A DNA stretch of 6,289 nt from a virus (taxonomy: Duplodnaviria > Heunggongvirae > Uroviricota > Caudoviricetes), in the IMG/VR virus record IMGVR_UViG_2548876949_000016. The stretch is one strand, 5' to 3'. The notes under the pieces were generated by a model. That model did not search any database. It was given only the letters and a program-made list of their open reading frames with translations, and was not told where the DNA came from. The position numbers and the translations under genes are program-made. The stretch's first letter is position 1; every line of letters starts with the position of its first letter. Below, one piece after another: positions 1 through 5,307 of this stretch.

Positions 1-173
1 TATCTATGAACCAGCTACCTCGCCGTGCGCTTTCGCGTTATGGTCTGACTTTTCAGGGAAATATCCTTTCAGTAAACTGTCAGTGCCGGATGCTCACCCG
101 TGTCCGGCGCAAGCACTCCACCTCACCCGTGGAGAACTCCTTAATTACCAACCTTAGCTTCGTTGGTTAGCTA

Positions 174-392
174 TTAACGCGGGTATGTAATCATTCTGGC
201 AATGGTTAATGCCGCTGCTTTTTCCAGATTGGTGATATCCTGCTCCAGAGAGGACAGATTTTCAGCCTGCTTAGCCCTGACTTCATTAGCCCATTTCAGA
301 TCCTGCGCTGCATTAATTTTCTGGTGCATCCACTCATAAAGTTCATCATTGGTATAGTCTGGCGCGATGATGACGGGTTCTCGTTTCTGCAT
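174..392 (-). CDS. hypothetical small protein (72 aa), distal gene of the leftward early operon
   Basis: Intact ORF with ATG at 392..390 and a GAGGAA Shine-Dalgarno (complement of 398..403) 5 nt upstream; translation has plausible coiled-coil-like composition; no family recognised. Position is analogous to kil/accessory genes of pL operons (inference only). Confidence 0.5.
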   Translation of the reverse strand: MQKREPVIIAPDYTNDELYEWMHQKINAAQDLKWANEVRAKQAENLSSLEQDITNLEKAAALTIARMITYPR

Positions 393-421
393 ACTGATTC
401 CTCGCGGTGCTGTTTCGCTTA

Positions 422-550
422 TCAGCCATTAGATTTTGCCGAACTGGAAAGCACCTGTTTAAATTCGTTGAAGCTGTGAGCTTCTTCGCCTTCGGCAAGG
501 CCTTCGAAGTATTCTTCGTAAGCCTTTTCCATGATTGTGTCGAAATCCAT
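422..550 (-). CDS. small acidic protein (42 aa, MDFDTIMEKAYEEYFEGLAEGEEAHSFNEFKQVLSSSAKSNG), below the size cut-off of the supplied ORF track
   Basis: Hand translation of the minus strand: ATG at 550..548, stop TGA at 424..422. Start overlaps the stop of the upstream 78-aa ORF in a TGATATG arrangement and is preceded by an AGGTGG Shine-Dalgarno-like motif, suggesting translational coupling. Alternative reading: C-terminal half of one frameshifted gene spanning 422..788. Confidence 0.35.
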   Translation of the reverse strand: MDFDTIMEKAYEEYFEGLAEGEEAHSFNEFKQVLSSSAKSNG

Positions 551-551
551 A

Positions 552-788
552 TCACCCACCTGAATTTCTTTCCAGCCAGCGACGCGCTCCAGATTCGGTT
601 TTAAACGTTTTGCTTTTGGTATACGTCATTGCGGTGAACGTACCGTACTGGTTGGGGAACACGCCACATACCAGAGATTCGCTGTTGCCAAGATCGATAG
701 TATCCATGCTGACCTCATTTCCCCTTAACGCCGGGGTAGCGGAACAAAAACCTGCTGCATAGTTATTAAAGTTGAACCCTGCCGTCAT
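552..788 (-). CDS. hypothetical small protein (78 aa), first gene of the leftward early operon
   Basis: ORF with ATG at 788..786 and a GAGG motif about 9 nt upstream on the minus strand; lies immediately downstream (leftward) of the OL-like operator region; no family recognised. Its last ~20 codons overlap an alternative open frame, so the true 3' end is uncertain. Confidence 0.45.
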   Translation of the reverse strand: MTAGFNFNNYAAGFCSATPALRGNEVSMDTIDLGNSESLVCGVFPNQYGTFTAMTYTKSKTFKTESGARRWLERNSGG

Positions 789-893
789 GTTCTTACGCCT
801 CGGGCTGGCTACTTAACCCCTGACCACTGCCTGGTAACTCGAAGTATTGCCCTGCATTCTGTGGGGCGGGGTGGGTTGGTATGAAAAGAAGGA

Positions 894-930
894 TACCCAT
901 AGGTATTTAAAAAGTAAATACCCATGGGTA
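894..930. promoter_or_regulatory. OL-like operator pair (two 12-bp TACC-N4-GGTA palindromes) with presumed leftward early promoter
   Basis: tacccataggta at 894..905 and the perfect palindrome tacccatgggta at 919..930, 25 bp apart, in the 185-bp gap between the repressor 3' end and the leftward small genes. The same motif recurs three times in the repressor/cro intergenic region. Exact -35/-10 of the leftward promoter could not be assigned confidently. Confidence 0.45.
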
Positions 931-972
931 AATTTTTGCGGTGTCTTAACTGGTGACTAGTTGTTTGGTGAG

Positions 973-1392
973 CTATGATGCGTTTTGTGCTTTCTTTTTA
1001 CGGATTTCTTCGTAGATCATATTGTAATACTGTTTTTTCTCTTCAAGAGTTTTTAATAATTTATCCGCTTCACTTTCTGGCAGTTCGTCTAAGAGATCTA
1101 AAAAAATACGTTGTCGTGGCGTTAGAACCCTTGTTTCATAACTGGAGGCTGTGTTCGTTGATGATGAAACGATACCATCCATCCATCCCCGGGGTAACCC
1201 AAAGGACTCTTCGATAATCTCCACCATATCATCAGCGATCCGTTTTTTTCCCTTTTTCCCCTCTGGGTACAACATTCTTGATACATAAGAAGGCTCGCGC
1301 CCGATCTTTCTGGCCACGTTAACCGCTTTACCATCGCATTTCTCATCACGAATTTTGATGAGTTGCTGTCGTCTAAATTCATATTTGTCCAT
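973..1392 (-). CDS. CI-like prophage repressor (139 aa) with N-terminal helix-turn-helix and no LexA/S24 peptidase domain
   Basis: Divergent from the cro-like gene; N-terminal segment KAVNVARKIGREPSYVSRM looks like a classical HTH; AT-rich codon usage typical of immunity genes; C-terminal half is charged/coiled-coil-like with no Ser-Lys dyad or S24 fold signature; flanked by repeated operator palindromes. Confidence 0.75.
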   Translation of the reverse strand: MDKYEFRRQQLIKIRDEKCDGKAVNVARKIGREPSYVSRMLYPEGKKGKKRIADDMVEIIEESFGLPRGWMDGIVSSSTNTASSYETRVLTPRQRIFLDLLDELPESEADKLLKTLEEKKQYYNMIYEEIRKKKAQNAS

Positions 1393-1398
1393 AGGTAA

Positions 1399-1468
1399 AT
1401 AATAGATGCGATTACCGCAAGGTAAACAACCTGTGGGTATTGACTTTTGTTTACCTGTGGGTATTCTT
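1399..1468. promoter_or_regulatory. OR-like tripartite operator with divergent promoters (pRM-like leftward, pR-like rightward)
   Basis: Three operator copies: taccgcaaggta 1413..1424, aacctgtgggta 1428..1439, tacctgtgggta 1452..1463. Rightward promoter: -35 TTGACT 1440..1445, -10 TATTCT 1462..1467 (16-bp spacer; ATTCTT 1463..1468 with 17), overlapped by the 1452..1463 site, followed by SD AAGGAG 1482..1487 and ATG 1493. Leftward promoter candidate: -10 TATTAT (complement of 1399..1404) about 7 nt from the repressor ATG, with -35 overlapping the 1413..1424 site. Confidence 0.5.
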
Positions 1469-1492
1469 TGCTGTGTTTACTAAGGAGTAGCT

Positions 1493-1774
1493 ATGGAAGA
1501 ATTAAGAATATTTCTCAATTCTCTTTCGTCAGATGAACAGCGTATGTTTGCATGCGAGTGTGGTACCAGCATCGGTTATCTAAGAAAGGCATTGAGTAAA
1601 GGTCAAGTGTTAGGGGCATCGTTATGTGTCCTTATTGAGCGAGCCAGTAATGGTGAAGTTACACGTCAGCAACTAAGGCCTTTTGATTGGATGAATATTT
1701 GGCCCGAGCTGGAAGATACCAAAACGTTAACACAACCACTTTCTAGGAGCTTGATTCATGAAAATCAAGCATGA
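1493..1774 (+). CDS. Cro-like HTH regulator of the YdaS family (93 aa)
   Basis: First rightward gene after the operator/promoter region with strong SD AAGGAG; segment SLCVLIERASNGEVTRQQLRPFDW resembles the conserved core I recall for Rac YdaS-type Cro-like proteins; 3' end overlaps the next gene by 17 nt. Confidence 0.7.
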   Translation: MEELRIFLNSLSSDEQRMFACECGTSIGYLRKALSKGQVLGASLCVLIERASNGEVTRQQLRPFDWMNIWPELEDTKTLTQPLSRSLIHENQA

Positions 1775-2183
1775 ACACATCCGCATGGCGATGAATGCCT
1801 GGGCGCGTCCTGATGGCGAAAAAGTTCCAGCAGCTGGAATAACCCAGGCTTATTTTGAGTTGGGTATGACGTTCCCAGAACTGTATGACGACAGCCATCC
1901 GGAAGCCCTGGCTCGCAATACCCAGAAAATTTTCCGCTGGGTAGAGAAAGACACCCCTGATGCTGTTGAAAAAATGCAGGCTCTGTTACCGGCGATCGAA
2001 AAGGCGATGCCGCCTTTGCTGGTGGCCCGTATGCGCAGCCACAGTTCTGAATATTACCGTGAGATCGTCGAACGGAGGGATCGGCTGGTGAAGGATGTCG
2101 ATGATTTTGTTGCGTCAGCGGTTGTTTTGTATGACCAGATGAATCGCGGCGGCCCGGCAGGGAATGCTGTGGTGATGCACTAA
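1758..2183 (+). CDS. YdaT-like protein (141 aa); CII functional analogue / putative toxin-domain protein
   Basis: Position directly after the Cro-like gene as in Rac-type prophages; size (~140 aa); AGGAG SD 8 nt upstream of ATG 1758. Family assignment is from gene order and recalled similarity, not a search. Confidence 0.55.
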   Translation: MKIKHEHIRMAMNAWARPDGEKVPAAGITQAYFELGMTFPELYDDSHPEALARNTQKIFRWVEKDTPDAVEKMQALLPAIEKAMPPLLVARMRSHSSEYYREIVERRDRLVKDVDDFVASAVVLYDQMNRGGPAGNAVVMH

Positions 2184-2205
2184 AAGCACGGTGTTCGGGG
2201 GTTTT

Positions 2206-3168
2206 ATGAGCAGCAAGCTTCATGGTCTTGTCTGGGAAGGGTGCGCCTTCACCGGCATGATCTTATCCAGGGTGGCGGTTATGGCCCGTCTTGCAGACTA
2301 CAGCAATGACGAGGGCGTGTCATGGCCTGCCATTGAAACTATCCGGCGTCAGATCGGTGCAAGAAGTGAATCCACAGTGAAATCGGCTATTGCAGAACTG
2401 GCGAAAGAGGGCTGGCTGACGAAGGAAGAGCGTAAGGTCGGTGGGCGTAATGTAAGCAATATCTATCGGCTTAATGTGGAAAAACTCGAAGCAGCTGCGG
2501 CGGCGGCGCGTGAGTCATATAAACCGAAAAGAAAAATTAGCCCGGCAAAAAATGACCCGTTAACAGTTGACCCGTCAAATATTGACCCCTCAACGGTTGA
2601 CCCGTCAAATTTTGATGGATCAACTGTTGATAAAAAACTGCCGATTAGGGGGGCGATGATTGACCCCGATCCGTCAGTATTAAAACCTGATCCGTCAGAT
2701 AAAAGATCTTCTTGTCCGGACGCTTCGCAACCGGACCCGCAGACGGCTGAACAGGATTTTTTAACCCGACACCCTGACGCGGTTGTGTTCAGTGCGAAAA
2801 AACGCCAGTGGGGAAGTCAGGAAGATTTGGTGTGCGCACAGTGGATCTGGGGACGAATCGTGAGTCTTTACGAGCAGGCGGCCAGCTATGATGGCGAGAT
2901 CACTAGACCGAAAGAACCCAACTGGACAGCATGGGCCAATGACGTTCGCACAATGCGGATGCTGGATGGCAGAACTCACAGACAAATTTGTGAAATGTTT
3001 GGGCGTCTCCAGCGGGATTCGTTCTGGGTAAAAAACATCATGAGTCCGGCAAAACTCCGGGAAAAATGGGATGAACTGGTTATCCGCCTGGGGCGTTCGC
3101 CTGCGCAGCGTTGCGTGAATCACATTTCTGAACCGGACACTGAAATACCGCCGGGATTCAGGGGGTGA
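2206..3168 (+). CDS. phage replication initiation protein: N-terminal HTH origin-binding domain, repeat-rich linker, DnaT-like (primosomal protein 1) C-terminal domain
   Basis: ATG 2206 preceded by a GGGGGG SD (2196..2201); the track's GTG at 2191 is an alternative start. N-terminal region has HTH character (SWPAIETIRRQIGARSESTVKSAIAELAKEGWL). C-terminus ends SEPDTEIPPGFRG, matching my recollection of the E. coli DnaT C-terminus (SEPDSQIPPGFRG). Contains the iteron array and is immediately followed by a DnaC homologue. Confidence 0.7.
   Translation: MSSKLHGLVWEGCAFTGMILSRVAVMARLADYSNDEGVSWPAIETIRRQIGARSESTVKSAIAELAKEGWLTKEERKVGGRNVSNIYRLNVEKLEAAAAAARESYKPKRKISPAKNDPLTVDPSNIDPSTVDPSNFDGSTVDKKLPIRGAMIDPDPSVLKPDPSDKRSSCPDASQPDPQTAEQDFLTRHPDAVVFSAKKRQWGSQEDLVCAQWIWGRIVSLYEQAASYDGEITRPKEPNWTAWANDVRTMRMLDGRTHRQICEMFGRLQRDSFWVKNIMSPAKLREKWDELVIRLGRSPAQRCVNHISEPDTEIPPGFRG
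2551..2640. repeat. iteron array (putative prophage origin of replication) embedded in the initiator gene: six 15-bp units, four well conserved
   Basis: Units at 2551, 2566, 2581, 2596, 2611, 2626: aatgacccgttaaca / gttgacccgtcaaat / attgacccctcaacg / gttgacccgtcaaat / tttgatggatcaact / gttgataaaaaactg; units 2 and 4 are identical. A further ATTGACCCC copy at 2659..2667. Followed by AT-rich stretches and four GATC sites (2618, 2668, 2689, 2705). Confidence 0.55.
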
Positions 3169-3174
3169 CGTGTC

Positions 3175-3921
3175 ATGAAAAACATTGCGGCAGTTGGGGT
3201 TCTTGAACGTATTCGCAGACTTGCACCACAGGGGTCGGTTCCACCGTACCGGACGGTGGAGGAGTGGCGGGAATGGCAACTTGCTGAAGGACGAAAACGC
3301 AGCGAGGAGATTAACCGCCAGAATCGCCAGTTGCGGGTGGAAAAAATCCTGAATCGTTCGGGCATCCAGCCTCTGCACAGCAAATGCTCGTTTGCAAATT
3401 ATCAGGTGCAGAACGACGGGCAAAAATACGCGCTGAGCCAGGCCAAATCCATAGCTGACGAACTGATGACCGGGTGCACGAATTTTGTGTTCAGTGGTAA
3501 AACCGGCACCGGGAAAAATCACCTTGCAGCGGCGATGGGCAACCGGCTGATGGTGAAGGGGCGCAGCGTGATTATCGTCACCGTGTCTGACGTCATGAGC
3601 GTGTTGCATGACAGCTACGACAACGGCAAATCCGGGGAAAAATTTTTACAGGAGCTTTGCGGGGTTGATTTGCTGGTCCTGGATGAAATAGGCGTTCAGC
3701 GGGAGACGAAAAACGAGCAGGTGGTATTGCACCAGATAATTGATCGCCGGACAGCATCACTGTGCAGTGTCGGGATGTTAACAAACCTGAATCATGCCGC
3801 AATGAGTACGCTTCTTGGTGAGAGGATTATGGACCGCATGACCATGAACGGTGGTCGATGGGTGACGTTTAACTGGGATAGCTGGCGTCCAAATGTCAGC
3901 AATATGAGGGTTGTGAAGTAA
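3175..3921 (+). CDS. DnaC-like replicative helicase loader (AAA+ ATPase, 248 aa)
   Basis: Walker A FSGKTGTGKNHLAAA and Walker B LLVLDEIGVQ, plus overall collinearity with E. coli DnaC as I recall it (N-terminal MKN..., RSGIQPLH, MLTN, LLGERIMDRM, FNWDSWR). Start is 7 nt after the initiator stop, with a purine-rich SD. Confidence 0.85.
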   Translation: MKNIAAVGVLERIRRLAPQGSVPPYRTVEEWREWQLAEGRKRSEEINRQNRQLRVEKILNRSGIQPLHSKCSFANYQVQNDGQKYALSQAKSIADELMTGCTNFVFSGKTGTGKNHLAAAMGNRLMVKGRSVIIVTVSDVMSVLHDSYDNGKSGEKFLQELCGVDLLVLDEIGVQRETKNEQVVLHQIIDRRTASLCSVGMLTNLNHAAMSTLLGERIMDRMTMNGGRWVTFNWDSWRPNVSNMRVVK

Positions 3922-3942
3922 TTTTGTCCGGAGGAAATTTTA

Positions 3943-4713
3943 ATGGAAACCGTATCTGACGCACTGAAAGCACTGAAAAAAGCCTCTTCACATGTGGTGG
4001 CAGCTCGCCTTGGAATCAGTCGTGAAGAGGCTGTCAACGAGCTGTGGGAACTCAAAAGAAAAGGCGTCGTTGATAAAACTGGTCACACCTGGTTTCTGGC
4101 TGGCGAAGGTGAATCCCGGGTAACCGAAGAGCGGCCAGTAAAATCTGAAGCACAGGATATGCTGACCGGGGAGGTCGAACAAAAAGTTACCGCAGACATG
4201 ATGATTGAGTTTATCGGTCAGGATGGGGCTAAAACGTGTGAGGAACTGGCGGGTAAGTTCGGTGTCAGTACTCGCAAGGTTGCTTCCACGCTGGCGGTGG
4301 TAACCGCAACGGGGCGGCTGGCACGCGTTAATCAGAACGGTAAATTTCGTTACTGCATGCCGGGCGATAATTTACCAGCAGAGCCGAAAGCCGCGCTGGT
4401 AACGGAAAGTGATGGTAAGGCCTTTCCTCAGCCAGCAGGTGCTGCGTTACCAGTCCGGGAAGCCGCAACACAGGAAGAAATTAAAACAGAAACTGTGGCG
4501 GACATTGTGCAGCCGTTGCCATCGTTTACCGAAACGCAAGCAGATGAGCTGATTTTTCCGTCCCTTCGCAGGGCAAACCTGGCGCTGCGCAGGGCGAAAA
4601 GTGATGTTCAGAAGTGGGAGCGAGTCTGCGCCGCGCTGCGGGAGCTGAACAAGCACCGGGATATTGTTCGACAGATTACTGATTCTTCCCGCCGTGTTGT
4701 ATCGGAAAAGTGA
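3943..4713 (+). CDS. hypothetical protein (256 aa) with two tandem winged-helix-like modules, possibly DUF1627/YdaW-like
   Basis: GGAGGA SD 3930..3935, ATG 3943. Internal duplication visible in the translation: residues ~5-53 (VAARLGISREEAVNELWELKRKGVVDKTGHTWFL) and ~84-140 (CEELAGKFGVSTRKVASTLAVVTATGRLARVNQNGKFRYCM) both fit a winged-helix pattern; basic helical C-terminus. Follows the DnaC-like gene as ydaW does in Rac. Confidence 0.55.
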   Translation: METVSDALKALKKASSHVVAARLGISREEAVNELWELKRKGVVDKTGHTWFLAGEGESRVTEERPVKSEAQDMLTGEVEQKVTADMMIEFIGQDGAKTCEELAGKFGVSTRKVASTLAVVTATGRLARVNQNGKFRYCMPGDNLPAEPKAALVTESDGKAFPQPAGAALPVREAATQEEIKTETVADIVQPLPSFTETQADELIFPSLRRANLALRRAKSDVQKWERVCAALRELNKHRDIVRQITDSSRRVVSEK

Positions 4714-4728
4714 TTGCCGGAGGCGCTT

Positions 4729-5154
4729 ATGGCAAAAGTATTTACACAAGAAGAGCGGGAAAAAATTAAAGGGCAGGTTGTTGAACTTGTACGTCTGAGC
4801 GGTCGCGAGACGTTGCGGCAACTGGAAGCCAAGACAGGTGCGACAAGATATCTGATGAGTGTTCTCGCCAGAGAGCTGGTTGCCAGTGGCGATGTATACA
4901 ACTCTGGTTACGGGTTATTCCCGTCTGAACAGGCGCGTAAGGACTGGCAAAATGCTCGCAAAAAACTCTCAAGGGCAAAGGTGAAGAAACCTGCAGTGGT
5001 TGATCCGGACCTTATCTGGTCGTTACCAGACGGCGAAATACGCCGCTACGACAGGCGCCTGAATATAATCTGTCGCGAGTGCCGGAAGAGCGAAGCTATG
5101 CAGCGTGTACTGGCATTTTATCAAGGAAATGTTAGGTATTTTAGACGTTACTAG
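4729..5154 (+). CDS. hypothetical protein (141 aa from ATG 4729) with one winged-helix-like module and a basic Cys-containing C-terminus
   Basis: GGAGG SD 4719..4723, 5 nt before ATG 4729; the track's 4714 start is an in-frame TTG just after the upstream stop. Segment VVELVRLSGRETLRQLEAKTGATRYLMSVLARELVASGDV has winged-helix character; no family recognised. Confidence 0.5.
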   Translation: MAKVFTQEEREKIKGQVVELVRLSGRETLRQLEAKTGATRYLMSVLARELVASGDVYNSGYGLFPSEQARKDWQNARKKLSRAKVKKPAVVDPDLIWSLPDGEIRRYDRRLNIICRECRKSEAMQRVLAFYQGNVRYFRRY

Positions 5155-5307
5155 ATTAAAGAGCATTAGTTCAGATGTGAATTGACATTTTCATGGCGCA
5201 GGGTAGAGCCAGCGTGGTTGTCCGCTTTGCGTCAAAACCAGATATTACCAGATTTAGACATATATTCCCGATAGCCCTGCTCTGATGCTACACTCTGTGC
5301 TATTTTC

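Noticed and set aside
1-173. Hairpins at ~87..108 (gccgga/tccggc stem) and ~144..166 (accaac/gttggt stem) as terminators, or a partial gene entering from the left edge
   Set aside because: Neither hairpin is followed by a U-tract on either strand, and all three minus-strand frames contain stops within the first 173 nt, so no coding or terminator call is supported.
346-762. Track ORFs 346..555 (-), 407..604 (+) and 535..762 (+)
   Set aside because: Out-of-frame or antisense to the better-supported minus-strand small genes (174..392, 422..550, 552..788); translations are lysine/arginine- or phenylalanine-rich and lack ribosome-binding sites.
789-890. N-utilisation (nutL: boxA CGCTCTTA plus boxB hairpin) site downstream of the leftward promoter
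   Set aside because: No convincing boxA/boxB pair; only a 4-bp GCCC/GGGC stem with an over-long loop around 850..870. Cannot support an N-type antitermination site from sequence alone.
975-1382. Track ORFs 975..1217 (+) and 1122..1382 (-) within the repressor gene
   Set aside because: Overlap the repressor ORF antisense or out of frame; the repressor frame has the HTH motif and the operator/promoter context.
1765-2223. 152-aa minus-strand ORF overlapping the YdaT-like gene
   Set aside because: Antisense shadow of the plus-strand gene; proline/serine/arginine-rich low-complexity translation; inconsistent with the compact rightward operon structure.
2268-2280. DnaA-box-like sequence TTATCCAGG near the initiator 5' end
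   Set aside because: Only 7/9 match to the TTATNCACA consensus and a single copy; likely chance.
2761-3609. 282-aa minus-strand ORF spanning the initiator/DnaC-like junction
   Set aside because: Antisense to two well-supported plus-strand genes (the DnaC-like gene has Walker A/B motifs); its translation is Arg/His/Pro-rich as expected for a shadow ORF, with no start context or family resemblance.
3120-4978. Minus-strand track ORFs 3120..3383, 3593..3802, 3792..4055, 3988..4182, 4447..4821, 4608..4901, 4766..4978
   Set aside because: All antisense to the plus-strand operon genes; short, compositionally biased and without start signals.
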